In this document: piece by piece, positions 9,538 through 18,755 of the stretch
Numbering within the stretch: position 1 is the stretch's first letter
Layout of the letters: every line of letters begins with the position of its first letter
Sequence record: MN718199.1
DNA: 32,000 bases
Source of the DNA: Vibrio phage vB_VchM_Kuja
Direction: 5' to 3' (one strand)
Translations under genes and position numbers: made by a program
Notes under the pieces: generated by a model
Databases searched by the model: none
The model's input: only the letters and a program-made list of their open reading frames with translations
What the model was told of the DNA's origin: nothing

Positions 9538-9566
9538 AAAGGTGGTTATTTTTGACCACCTTTTTT
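9538..9566 (+). terminator. Rho-independent terminator
   Basis: AAAGGTGGT-tatttttg-ACCACCTTTTTT. Confidence 0.8.
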
Positions 9567-9630
9567 ATTACTGTCACTAATTAGATTAGCTTTAAAATAA
9601 TGTTCTAATCATCAATTATTAGGAATCAAA

Positions 9631-9897
9631 ATGTTTAATTTAGAAACAAATTTCAATGAAGATAAACCTCAATTAACTATAGTTTCCAGTGAAAATTGTG
9701 TTAATTGTGTTTCTGTTAAAAACATGTTGACACAAAGAAATATCCAATTTAAAGAATTAAAACTTGGTGTTGATTTAGAATCAACTCAAGGTACTGGATT
9801 AGTGGGACGTGCACTTCCACTGATAGCGTTTGGCTCTGAAGAAATATTTGGGGTCAATAATTTGATGACAAAACTAGTGAAAGGTGAGATTAAATGA
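9631..9897 (+). CDS. Glutaredoxin/thioredoxin-like protein
   Basis: CVNC redox motif and LPLIAFGSEEIFGVNNLMTKL (cis-Pro region and G motif). Confidence 0.75.
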   Translation: MFNLETNFNEDKPQLTIVSSENCVNCVSVKNMLTQRNIQFKELKLGVDLESTQGTGLVGRALPLIAFGSEEIFGVNNLMTKLVKGEIK

Positions 9898-10322
9898 ATA
9901 TTGAAAATCGTTGTACTGGTAGAACGATGCGGACTGTATTGAATACCATTGTGGCAGCAAGTGAAGCAAAAGCAGGACAAAAGGTTCATCTAATTTGCTA
10001 CAACCTGCATTATTGTTCAATTTTACGTCGTCAAATAAGGAATGTTCTATCTACCTATCTTCCAACTTTGGAAGGTGTTGATAGACCATACTCAGCACAT
10101 AACACTGAGGAAAGACGTTTTATACTGCCTTGGGGAGTTGAGTTATGTTTAGTTGCTGCTACCTCACAAGCAATGCATGATGTAAAAGCTAAGAAGAATA
10201 TCACATACAAAAACTTCTTGGATAACACGGTAACTGACGTTATAGAAATGGATAATACAACACATTTCACCTACAATATTAACCTAAACAACATAGGTAA
10301 AAACTATGAAATACAGCTATAA
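9894..10322 (+). CDS. Hypothetical protein
   Basis: 142-aa ORF with ATGA overlap to the glutaredoxin gene. Confidence 0.65.
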   Translation: MNIENRCTGRTMRTVLNTIVAASEAKAGQKVHLICYNLHYCSILRRQIRNVLSTYLPTLEGVDRPYSAHNTEERRFILPWGVELCLVAATSQAMHDVKAKKNITYKNFLDNTVTDVIEMDNTTHFTYNINLNNIGKNYEIQL

Positions 10323-10701
10323 TTTAGACTTTGCTGAAGCGAGCCGAATAGCCGAAATAGCTCACCAAACCAATAAAGCGTTTTGCCACGCAATGGGTGA
10401 TCACAGTCAACCTGATTGGGGTGAAGCCCCTCAGTGGCAGCGAGATTCAGCTATTAATGGTGTCTACTTCACGTTTGAAAATCCTGATGCACAGCCTTCA
10501 GCTTCTCATGAAAACTGGTTGAAAGAAAAGATCGCTGACGGGTGGGTGTATGGTGAAGTCAAAGATCCAGAAGCTAAAACTCATCCATGTTGTGTACCTT
10601 ATGAAGAACTACCAACACTGCAAAAGGCTAAGGATTACATCTTCAAAGGTGTTGTTAGGGCATCACTGGATCTACTTGAAAAAGATTTTGGTAATCTTTA
10701 A
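10306..10701 (+). CDS. RyR-domain protein
   Basis: IAEIAHQTNKAFCHAMGDHSQPDWGEAPQWQRDSAINGV...SHENWLKEKIADGWVYGEVKDPEAKTHPCCVPYEELP matches the RyR domain consensus (family recalled from knowledge). Confidence 0.85.
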   Translation: MKYSYNLDFAEASRIAEIAHQTNKAFCHAMGDHSQPDWGEAPQWQRDSAINGVYFTFENPDAQPSASHENWLKEKIADGWVYGEVKDPEAKTHPCCVPYEELPTLQKAKDYIFKGVVRASLDLLEKDFGNL

Positions 10702-10710
10702 AACATAATT

Positions 10711-10738
10711 AAAAATGGCGCTTAATTGCGCCATTTTT
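10711..10738. terminator. Bidirectional terminator
   Basis: AAAAATGGCGC-ttaatt-GCGCCATTTTT between convergent genes. Confidence 0.85.
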
Positions 10739-11012
10739 CATATGCCAACTTGTATAAATCCTTGAAGTTTTCTTTTAAATATTTTTCATTAACATCAATT
10801 GGTAACAAAGCATAGATATCAGGGAATTGCCCGCGCATAGCAGCTTCATGTGCCGCATCCCACCCTCTATACCATTCATTCATTGTTTCAATATTGACAG
10901 GATCTCCAACTTCTCTACCAAACAGTTTATCACTCATATTCACATCAAGTGCGAAAGAACGCTTGCAACCGTTTATAAAAGCTTCAACACCTATTTGATA
11001 ATTTGTTTTCAT
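10722..11012 (-). CDS. Hypothetical protein with EWYRGWDAAHEAA motif
   Basis: 96-aa ORF; ribosome-modulation-factor-like G..AF..G / W..GW.AA spacing. Confidence 0.6.
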   Translation of the reverse strand: MKTNYQIGVEAFINGCKRSFALDVNMSDKLFGREVGDPVNIETMNEWYRGWDAAHEAAMRGQFPDIYALLPIDVNEKYLKENFKDLYKLAYEKWRN

Positions 11013-11052
11013 GTTATTAACCTCGTTATTAGATTAACTTCATAATAAAATG

Positions 11053-11080
11053 AAAAAGAGGCTTTTACAAGCCTCTTTCT
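11053..11080 (-). terminator. Rho-independent terminator
   Basis: AAAGAGGCTT-ttac-AAGCCTCTTT. Confidence 0.75.
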
Positions 11081-11094
11081 TAATTAAGTTTTGA

Positions 11095-11463
11095 TTAACT
11101 TAGACTCATTTGCATCTTTTTGAAGCGATCTTCCACTTGCTCAGCGTACTGCTCCAACAAATCAAATGATGGTTTATCACCTAATGTGACAGTAGGCTTC
11201 ATTTTGTAATAGATCGGACGTAACGCTGGGAATCGAGTCATTAAATCTTGTGTGTTTTGTGCAGTTGTCATAATACGTGACATAATAGCAACAAGAATTT
11301 TTGATCCGGTTGGCAACTTTTCAAAAGTTGACATCTCAGGCTCTTGTGGTTTAACCTTAAATTGACGCTGTTCGCGCTGAACATACGTTTTGCGTGGTTG
11401 ATAGCTATCAACCATATCTGATTCAAATTGACGTTCTTTGTTACGGCGTTGACTATGATGCAT
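11095..11463 (-). CDS. Hypothetical protein
   Basis: ORF track 11095..11478; internal ATG at 11463 is preceded by AAAGGT. Confidence 0.65.
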   Translation of the reverse strand: MHHSQRRNKERQFESDMVDSYQPRKTYVQREQRQFKVKPQEPEMSTFEKLPTGSKILVAIMSRIMTTAQNTQDLMTRFPALRPIYYKMKPTVTLGDKPSFDLLEQYAEQVEDRFKKMQMSLS

Positions 11464-11540
11464 TTTGTTACCTTTCAAAGTTTATGGACCTAACAGTTAC
11501 TTGATAGGTCCACATTACAATGACTTTTTTCAGTTGTAAA

Positions 11541-12881
11541 CTACTTTTTCAAAAAATTTTCTTCAAGGTAGCTTCTACAATCTTTTTCAAGTTCTTCTGG
11601 TACTTCAATCATTTCCATACCATAATCATCATTTGATTCACTACCATGCATAAACTCAAACTCAGGTTTATATTTGAGTTCTTGTGTAAAACCCGTATAG
11701 TCAACATGATGATGCCACCTATTGTACTTCCAAAGCACTTTAGAAACGTCTGGATGCAGTCTCTCTAGCATTTCAGACTTAGGAAGTGTTCCATTAGGCT
11801 TATACAGATCATCGGTGTTACCACCTTTCACCGTCTGTGTACATGCTTTATCTGCAAGGAATGTATTGATTAAAGTTGTACACCATCCAGCTTTAAGAAC
11901 ATCCAAACTTAGAATGGTATCTTCATTATAACGACCACGCCAACGGAATGGTAAATCATTACGAATAAGAAGATATGAATAGATTCTAGTGTTTTGAATA
12001 TATGGTGAATTTGCACTAGATGGTGCCCTAAAGAAATAATAGTTCAACCCAGCCATACCAATATTTTCATATCTATTAACCCAATCCTCAATAGCTCTTA
12101 AGAAAGCACCTGTCTTGAGTTTATAGCGCGCATTATTCTTTAACCAAAAGAAACCACGTATGGTATTATCATCAAATAACCAATGCCATTTGGCACCAAG
12201 TGCAATTGAATGATCCCAACAAAAATTACGAGCACCGCCAGAACCTTTAGGAATAGTGTTTCCTAGTTCATCACAAGCGTCATAATTTTCTTTATAAGTC
12301 ATATCAAGTTGAATTATTGTTGCAAATTCCGTTTCAACTCTTTCCTTGTAAAGTTGATATTCGGTTGGTTCAACAACAACGTAATGATAAACTTCCATAT
12401 CACTTAAATGTTTAGACGTACCACAACAATCACTACGACCTTTACTAATCACATATACAGGACATTCACCTTGACGTGGACCACCTACTATCCTGTTTAG
12501 ACGTATCATGTTATCCTTATAAGGGTATCTGTACATATTTCTATTTTTAGTGAGATTTTGTTCTATCAGATTAGAAAAATCATCAAGTGAATACTTTGTA
12601 TCATCAAAATCAATGTAGATTGTAGTAAACGATGGTTCCTCACCATATGTATGCTCAGGCATATTAGACCAGAAAGGTTTTCTTTGTTCTGCTATTGAAA
12701 GTTCTGGATCTTTAGGTGTAATAAACGTGAATACAGGCTTACCTTTTTTGGGATAAGTGTCAATTTTTAAAGATGGTATGTAGATTGTTTTGATATGGGG
12801 GTTAAACTTAACCCCCAATTTATCACAAAGTTTAATAAGACCTTGTTCGTCTTTTACCTTAATTTCAAATCTATGCTTCAT
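11541..12881 (-). CDS. TET-associated-glycosyltransferase-like protein, paralog 1
   Basis: GGPRQGECPVYVISKGRSDCC, VVVEPTEYQLYKERV, GSGGARNFCWDHSI, WHWLFDDNTIRGFFWL, EDWVNRYENIGMAGLNY, WRGRYNEDTILSLDVLKAGWCT; family call from recalled consensus. Confidence 0.65.
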   Translation of the reverse strand: MKHRFEIKVKDEQGLIKLCDKLGVKFNPHIKTIYIPSLKIDTYPKKGKPVFTFITPKDPELSIAEQRKPFWSNMPEHTYGEEPSFTTIYIDFDDTKYSLDDFSNLIEQNLTKNRNMYRYPYKDNMIRLNRIVGGPRQGECPVYVISKGRSDCCGTSKHLSDMEVYHYVVVEPTEYQLYKERVETEFATIIQLDMTYKENYDACDELGNTIPKGSGGARNFCWDHSIALGAKWHWLFDDNTIRGFFWLKNNARYKLKTGAFLRAIEDWVNRYENIGMAGLNYYFFRAPSSANSPYIQNTRIYSYLLIRNDLPFRWRGRYNEDTILSLDVLKAGWCTTLINTFLADKACTQTVKGGNTDDLYKPNGTLPKSEMLERLHPDVSKVLWKYNRWHHHVDYTGFTQELKYKPEFEFMHGSESNDDYGMEMIEVPEELEKDCRSYLEENFLKK

Positions 12882-14253
12882 TTTTCTTTCCTAAGTATTT
12901 TTCTTCTAGGTAAGATCTTGAATCAGTATTTTCTGTTTCTTCTGTGTTTATGATAACCATACCATAATTATCAAGATCGTCTTTACCGTGCAAGTGTTCA
13001 AATTCAGGTTTGTATTTTAATTCATTCTTAAACACTGAATAATCAACAATATGATGCCAGCGATTAAAACGCCATTTAACTTCTGAAACGTCTGGATGTA
13101 ATCGCACTAACATCTCCGATTTAGGGAGTGTGCCATTAGGTTTATACAGATCGTCAGTGTTACCACCTTTTACTGTTTGTGTCGCTGCCTTACCCGCTAG
13201 AAACGTGTTAAATTGTACTGTACACCACCCAGCTTTAAGAACATCCAAACTTAGAATGGTATCTTCATTATAACGACCGCGCCAACGGAATGGGATGTCA
13301 TTGCGTATGAGCAAATATGAATAAATGCGGGTATTTGGTGTGTATGGTGGTGCAGCTTGACCAGCTACACGGAAACAAGCATAATGCAAACCAGCAATTC
13401 CAATATTTTCATAACGAAGAACCCAATCTTCCAAAGCCTTGAAAAATGCGCCAGTTCTCACCTTGTATTTAAAGTGGTTCAAACGCCAGAAAAATCCCGT
13501 GGTTGTATTGTCATCCATTAGCCAATGCCAAGCATATCCATTTTTAATTGAATGATCCCAACAGAAATTACGAGCACCGCCAGAACCTTTAGGGATACTA
13601 TTCCCAAGATCGTCACAAGCGTCATAATTTTCTTTATAAGTCATGTCAAGTTGGATGATCGTGGCGTACTCACTTTGGACACGCTCAACATACAAATCAT
13701 ATTCTTGAGGCTCCACAACAACACTGTGATAGACTTCCATAAGAGTTAAGAATTTAGAAGTAGCGCAGCAATCACTACGACCTTTACTAATCACATAAAT
13801 TGGGAATTGTCCTTGGCGTGGACCACCTACAACGCGATAGGAGCTAATATCACGGTCGACAGTTGGGTAACGATAAGTTACTACGCTATCTGTAACAGGT
13901 TGGTCTAGAAGCGATGAGAAGTAATCGTAATCATAATTCTTATCATCATATACGATCTCAATTTGAGTAAAATCAGGTTCCTCACCGTATGTATGCTCTG
14001 GCATCCCTGCCCAATGTAATTTGGTAGTTTTACTCAAAGTGAGTTTAGGACATGGCTTAAGAAAAGTCATTTTGGGTTGAGTTTTCTTAATTTGTTTATT
14101 CTCAACCTTGATACCTGAAGGTGATAAAAAAAGTTTATAAGACCATTCTGTCAACTTTACTTTAAAATGTTCAGATAACACATCTAATGCAGCTTGGTCT
14201 TGAACTTTTACCCATATTGATTTTTTCACTGTGATTCCCCACAAATAACCCAT
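12871..14253 (-). CDS. TET-associated-glycosyltransferase-like protein, paralog 2 (possible GTG start at 14229)
   Basis: Same motifs as the adjacent ORF, with extended identical blocks. Confidence 0.65.
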   Translation of the reverse strand: MGYLWGITVKKSIWVKVQDQAALDVLSEHFKVKLTEWSYKLFLSPSGIKVENKQIKKTQPKMTFLKPCPKLTLSKTTKLHWAGMPEHTYGEEPDFTQIEIVYDDKNYDYDYFSSLLDQPVTDSVVTYRYPTVDRDISSYRVVGGPRQGQFPIYVISKGRSDCCATSKFLTLMEVYHSVVVEPQEYDLYVERVQSEYATIIQLDMTYKENYDACDDLGNSIPKGSGGARNFCWDHSIKNGYAWHWLMDDNTTTGFFWRLNHFKYKVRTGAFFKALEDWVLRYENIGIAGLHYACFRVAGQAAPPYTPNTRIYSYLLIRNDIPFRWRGRYNEDTILSLDVLKAGWCTVQFNTFLAGKAATQTVKGGNTDDLYKPNGTLPKSEMLVRLHPDVSEVKWRFNRWHHIVDYSVFKNELKYKPEFEHLHGKDDLDNYGMVIINTEETENTDSRSYLEEKYLGKKNEA

Positions 14254-14293
14254 AATTACGGATCATATAGTAAGAAAATTCAGTGATAAAATA

Positions 14294-14968
14294 TTAATAA
14301 CCCTTCCAAGCAACACCTTTACCACCATTATGCCAACGTGCAACGTTCATTCCAATTACAATTTCCCATGTATCTGGATGAACTTCTGCTAGTCGTGACA
14401 TAACATGATCCGCGCGATAGGTCTTAACACAATGCTCAGCTAAAGGACCTTGATCTAAACTTTTAAGAATTTCCCAAGTCATTCTTAATCTTGTTTTTCT
14501 GCGAAGTGTTGAGTCATTTTTCAATTTAACAAGTGACATAAACAATCTTAGTCTATATTTTGGTGGTAAATAATGAAGATTAATACCACGCAAATAAAGA
14601 ACACCTTTTTCACCAAATTTAACACCGTCACCTCTAAACGCACTAAAGAAAAAAGTTAACGGCCATTCATCCCATACGGGTAATGTTTCTTTATGTTTGG
14701 CGTTATAACGAAATAAAAATAGACGACCTATGATACCTTTATCAGTTTCAACCCTACTCATAAAGGTTGCAAGTTCCCTATGAACAGTTTCAGACTTCAA
14801 ATTAAAGTCTTTTGAAACCCTTCTCATGAACCATGCGTTTGAATCTTTATTATTGCGTTTCGCATTAGGACCTTTTATGTCCCTATATTTTGCAATGTAA
14901 CGCTTGATTAACTCTGGGTAATCATACTCACGTTTATTCAATAATTCATTTGGAATAGGCTTAGCCAT
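14294..14968 (-). CDS. Conserved phage hypothetical protein
   Basis: ORF track 14294..15058; first-methionine extension overlaps the divergent gene, so MAKPIPNELL (14968) is the likely start; contains LRGINLHYLPPKYRLRL and HVMSRLAEVHPDTWEIVI. Confidence 0.7.
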   Translation of the reverse strand: MAKPIPNELLNKREYDYPELIKRYIAKYRDIKGPNAKRNNKDSNAWFMRRVSKDFNLKSETVHRELATFMSRVETDKGIIGRLFLFRYNAKHKETLPVWDEWPLTFFFSAFRGDGVKFGEKGVLYLRGINLHYLPPKYRLRLFMSLVKLKNDSTLRRKTRLRMTWEILKSLDQGPLAEHCVKTYRADHVMSRLAEVHPDTWEIVIGMNVARWHNGGKGVAWKGY

Positions 14969-15019
14969 TTGAAATCCCCTAAATATGATCATTCCAGTCC
15001 TATCTAGTAAGAGGTTAAC

Positions 15020-15949
15020 ATGGACTTCCAAAAATTTGCTGCTCATGCTAGACGCCATGGGTTCATGTTTAATAACCGTTTTCTTGTGACTATACCATTA
15101 CCAACAAAAGTTCAAGCAATGTTGGATGGTAACAACGTTGAAGAAGACGATATGGAACAACTATTCAAAAAAGGTTTTAGAATAGCAACCATTCTTACAG
15201 GTGGTAAAGCAACATCAGAGCGCGGTCTTCAAATAATGTGTTCAAGTGCCGAATTCCCGGGACTAAACATAGAAACGTCAAGTGGTATGCAAAACGGCCA
15301 TAAGATAACTATTGCAACCGGTAGCTCTAAAGACAAAGCCTCTTTTTCATTTATGATCAGTGCTGACGCATACGAAAAGAAAATACTTGATGCATGGAGA
15401 GATTTCATTGTTGATAGAAGAAATAAAAAGGTTGCATACTATGATGATTACGTTGTTGATATAGAAGTATCAGCACTAGGCTTAGATGGTTATCCAACAT
15501 ACACCGTAAGATATCTAGAAGCATGGCCTAGCACTTTTTCAAAACTAAATTTAGAAAAACGTGTTCAAACAATGCCTCAAACCTACTCACTATCATTCAC
15601 ATATAAGCGATTTGATGACGACACACAAGCTTCGACAAATAATTTCTTGCAGAATTCTAGTTTGTATAAGCTAGGTGAAGATCTAATGAAGGGTGATCTG
15701 GAGTCAGCAGCATATAGAGCGCGCGAGGTGATGCTTGATGTAAAGAATGGTACATTCTCAACTAAGCAGGCACAAGACGCTTACAATGTGCTCTCTGACG
15801 CAATAAACGGTAGTATCGGTGTAGGTGCATCAGACATTGAGGGTATTATCTCAGGGTTCAAAGCTGATGTTATACCAAGCATAGCAAACTCAGTTGATAG
15901 ACAAAGTTTATCAGAGCTGAGTGATAGATTAATAGATGGTTTTATCTAA
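15020..15949 (+). CDS. Tail tube-like / baseplate tail-tube initiator (gp54/gp19-family) protein
   Basis: MFNNRFLVTIPLP...CSSAEFPGLNI...FSFMISADAYEKKILDAWRDFIVDRRNKKVAYYDDYVVDIEVSALG..GYPTYTVRYLEAWPSTF..L......PQTYSLSFTYKRF. Confidence 0.6.
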   Translation: MDFQKFAAHARRHGFMFNNRFLVTIPLPTKVQAMLDGNNVEEDDMEQLFKKGFRIATILTGGKATSERGLQIMCSSAEFPGLNIETSSGMQNGHKITIATGSSKDKASFSFMISADAYEKKILDAWRDFIVDRRNKKVAYYDDYVVDIEVSALGLDGYPTYTVRYLEAWPSTFSKLNLEKRVQTMPQTYSLSFTYKRFDDDTQASTNNFLQNSSLYKLGEDLMKGDLESAAYRAREVMLDVKNGTFSTKQAQDAYNVLSDAINGSIGVGASDIEGIISGFKADVIPSIANSVDRQSLSELSDRLIDGFI

Positions 15950-15951
15950 TG

Positions 15952-15982
15952 AAAAAGGGGACTTTAATAAAGTCCCCTTTTT
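15952..15982. terminator. Bidirectional terminator
   Basis: AAAAAGGGGACTTT-aata-AAGTCCCCTTTTT between convergent genes. Confidence 0.85.
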
Positions 15983-15985
15983 GAA

Positions 15986-16207
15986 TTATTTTTGTTGTGC
16001 TTTTACCCAAGCTTTAAGTTCTGGGTGTACGGTTGCTTCTGGGTAGCAATGTTTAGCATGGGCTACAACCTTTTTACTAGAATTTGGATAGCGTGATAGC
16101 ATGTCAACGCTAAAAACATCAACAATGTGATCTTGTGCTGAACTTGAATAAACAACAATGATTTTTTTGTCAGGACTAATATTGATAACGTAATTTGAGT
16201 ATGACAT
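15986..16207 (-). CDS. Hypothetical protein
   Basis: 73-aa ORF. Confidence 0.6.
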   Translation of the reverse strand: MSYSNYVINISPDKKIIVVYSSSAQDHIVDVFSVDMLSRYPNSSKKVVAHAKHCYPEATVHPELKAWVKAQQK

Positions 16208-16302
16208 TTTGGCTTTCCTTTAGTGTTTGCCTTAAGTTGAGTTAATAGTAAATTGAAAAATGGGCTGTTGCAAGCCCCTTTTGAAAAATATTTTGAATTA
16301 TT

Positions 16303-17442
16303 TTAGTATGCAACCGCAACACCAGTCATAACCATACCAGTTTCTTTAAACTTTTCTGGTTGTCCGGTGATACCGTATTTCAGTAGCACGTACCAATCTT
16401 CACTGTAGTATAGAATGTTAGTACCACCCATTGCGAATGATGCATTGCCGTACATATCAGAGGCAAATCCAAAGCCAAAGCTGTTGAAGTCAGTCTCAGG
16501 GATAGCGGCAAATGCAGCTACACCCGCAACTAAACCACGAATATTCTTAGCTTCTTGTTCAAGCCAATTGATCTTTTGTTCAGCTCCGTCCATGCGTAGT
16601 TCAAGTGCATCAATACGGAAGCCGTTAGCCGTGATACGATCGTTCATCACTTTGCCATCCATGCGCAGTTGATCCAACTGCACAAACTGACCCGCATCAA
16701 TAGCCGCTTGTGTGATTTCAAACTCTTTAAAGCGAATATCTTGTGCTTGATCACGCGCTACGCTTTCAGAATTAACTTGATTGATTTTGCTACCCAGAAA
16801 CTCATCGCGATTCTTACTTTCGTTTTCCACGCGCTGGGTTTCTTTCTTAAGATCGGCGTTTACCACGGCTTGTTCTTTCTTTGCTTCGGTAATGCGTTCG
16901 TTAGTAGCAACCACGCGATCACTCACATCGTTGGTAAACTCACTAAGTTCATCAACGCGCTTGTTGACTGTGCTCACTGTCTTACTAACTGCACCGAGAT
17001 GAGCGTTCGTGGCATCAACACGCTTGTTAAGATCGGATACTGATTTTTTGTCAGCCTTACCGTTTTCAAGTGCAGTAATTTTACTGTCTTGAATTTTGTC
17101 ATGCGCAGCTGACTCTTCACGGGCAATGTTAATGCCTTCAAGTAGACGTTTGTCACTTTTATGGCGGATCTGGCCTTCTTCGGAGATGGTTTTTTCGTTA
17201 GCGTAAACACGCTCGCGCAATTCCGTATCATCGTATGCTTCGCCGTTGATAGTAACGTTGGCACCCGCATTGATAACCACGTTGTCGGCTTTACCAATTG
17301 ACACATCACAATCATTTGTGTAGCCGCTTTGGTTACATACGTGACCCATAATAACCGCGTTATCAATGTTTGATTGTGCCCCTAACGTAGCCGCAGAAAC
17401 AGCACAAAGTGAAAGAACTAAAATATTTTGTTTGCTTTTCAT
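16303..17442 (-). CDS. Secreted coiled-coil protein with YadA-like C-terminal anchor (trimeric autotransporter-like)
   Basis: N-terminal signal peptide MKSKQNILVLSLCAVSAATLGAQ; long charged coiled coil; C-terminus RGLVAGVAAFAAIP...FGFGFASDMYGNASFAMGGTNIL..WYVLLKYGI...VMTGVAVAY ending in an aromatic residue. Confidence 0.7.
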   Translation of the reverse strand: MKSKQNILVLSLCAVSAATLGAQSNIDNAVIMGHVCNQSGYTNDCDVSIGKADNVVINAGANVTINGEAYDDTELRERVYANEKTISEEGQIRHKSDKRLLEGINIAREESAAHDKIQDSKITALENGKADKKSVSDLNKRVDATNAHLGAVSKTVSTVNKRVDELSEFTNDVSDRVVATNERITEAKKEQAVVNADLKKETQRVENESKNRDEFLGSKINQVNSESVARDQAQDIRFKEFEITQAAIDAGQFVQLDQLRMDGKVMNDRITANGFRIDALELRMDGAEQKINWLEQEAKNIRGLVAGVAAFAAIPETDFNSFGFGFASDMYGNASFAMGGTNILYYSEDWYVLLKYGITGQPEKFKETGMVMTGVAVAY

Positions 17443-17527
17443 AAAAACCTCAAATAAGTAAGTAAGAACAAAGTTTGTTAATACGGAAGTTAAGCTAACA
17501 TGATAAAAAATTCATTGCAACCAAAAT

Positions 17528-17554
17528 AAAAAAGCCACCATACGGTGGCTTTTT
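17528..17554. terminator. Bidirectional-type terminator after gp32
   Basis: AAAAAGCCACC-atac-GGTGGCTTTTT. Confidence 0.85.
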
Positions 17555-17569
17555 GTCAAGTAGGTAAGT

Positions 17570-18640
17570 TTAGTTACCGTTTTCCAACTCAGCAAGGAAG
17601 TTTTCAAAATCAGCATCAACCATACCACCAGTTTTATTCTGTGATTGGCTTGAGCTTTGATCTTGACCACCATTGTTTTGTTGACCAGCATTTGAAGATG
17701 GAGTTTGTGCCTTTTTCTCCGCTTCTTCTAACGCCTTACGCGCCATTTCAGCAGCATTAACACCAGCACCACCATTATCTTCATGAATTGGTTTATGTGA
17801 CATGAGATCTTGATCTACAGGAATTCCCATAGCTTCCTTGAATCGTTTTTCAAGAACATCGTATGGTTCTTCTTTGCGCGGATCTACGAAATCAAATAGT
17901 GAGTAAGCTTTACTACAGATTTGCTCAATTTCTTCATCTGTTTCTGCAAGACGTGATGGTTGTTGCCACTTACAACGACCAAAGTCTTTAGCAACTAGAC
18001 CAGTCCAGTCACCAATTGTACGCTCTTCACCTTCAAAGTCATACACCAAGTTTGCACCAGTGAATGGACAGAACGGATCAGCAATAACAGGATCTGATGG
18101 GAATTTTGGAGCACCCGCAGCGTCAAGAACTTTTTTAAGTCCATTACCAAATTTGATCAGGAAAACTTTACCATTGTTTTCTGGGTTTTGTGCGTCATTA
18201 ATCACAAGAATATTTGCGTAATATTCTGTTGATGGGATACGCTTTTTCAAAACTTCTTTTAACGCTTTATCGTCCAATTCTTTTTGACGGTCCCAGTTAG
18301 GGCGATCATATTCACGAACGGGACAAGTATGACCCCAAGTTGCAGGACTGATAGCATTATAATAACGACCAGCAGAACCTTTGAATCCGTGACGCAATAC
18401 AAGAGAAACTGGAGCCAATGGGAAATCAGCTGGAATTTCACCTTTTTCTTGTGCTACGAAATCACACTCAGGTGTTGGTAGGAAGCGGATAATATTTGAA
18501 GAGATCTTTGTTTTTGCGTCAAATACATGTTTCCAGATACGCTCATCTTTTGCAAAACCACCCATCGCTGTGCGTTGTGCGGCTACCATTTGAGCATTCA
18601 TACCACTGTTTTGTTTTAAGCGTTCCATTAAACGTGACAT
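17570..18640 (-). CDS. 32: gp32-like single-stranded DNA-binding protein
   Basis: SNIIRFLP, YYANILVINDAQNPENNGKVFLIKFGNGLKKVLDAA, FDFVDPR, acidic C-terminal tail DADFENFLAELENGN. Confidence 0.93.
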   Translation of the reverse strand: MSRLMERLKQNSGMNAQMVAAQRTAMGGFAKDERIWKHVFDAKTKISSNIIRFLPTPECDFVAQEKGEIPADFPLAPVSLVLRHGFKGSAGRYYNAISPATWGHTCPVREYDRPNWDRQKELDDKALKEVLKKRIPSTEYYANILVINDAQNPENNGKVFLIKFGNGLKKVLDAAGAPKFPSDPVIADPFCPFTGANLVYDFEGEERTIGDWTGLVAKDFGRCKWQQPSRLAETDEEIEQICSKAYSLFDFVDPRKEEPYDVLEKRFKEAMGIPVDQDLMSHKPIHEDNGGAGVNAAEMARKALEEAEKKAQTPSSNAGQQNNGGQDQSSSQSQNKTGGMVDADFENFLAELENGN

Positions 18641-18755
18641 ATTTATTACCTTTCTCTTATTTTCTCTAGCGAGAACATTGTTGAATCAATTACTTCTTTT
18701 TTGCTGTTGTCAGCTGGATTAATATAGTGTTATTAAACCAGCTGACAAAACACTT

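Noticed and set aside
16415-17366. Overlapping ORFs on both strands inside the YadA-like gene
   Set aside because: Compositional shadows of a repetitive coiled-coil coding sequence; the 379-aa frame has a signal peptide, RBS and anchor.
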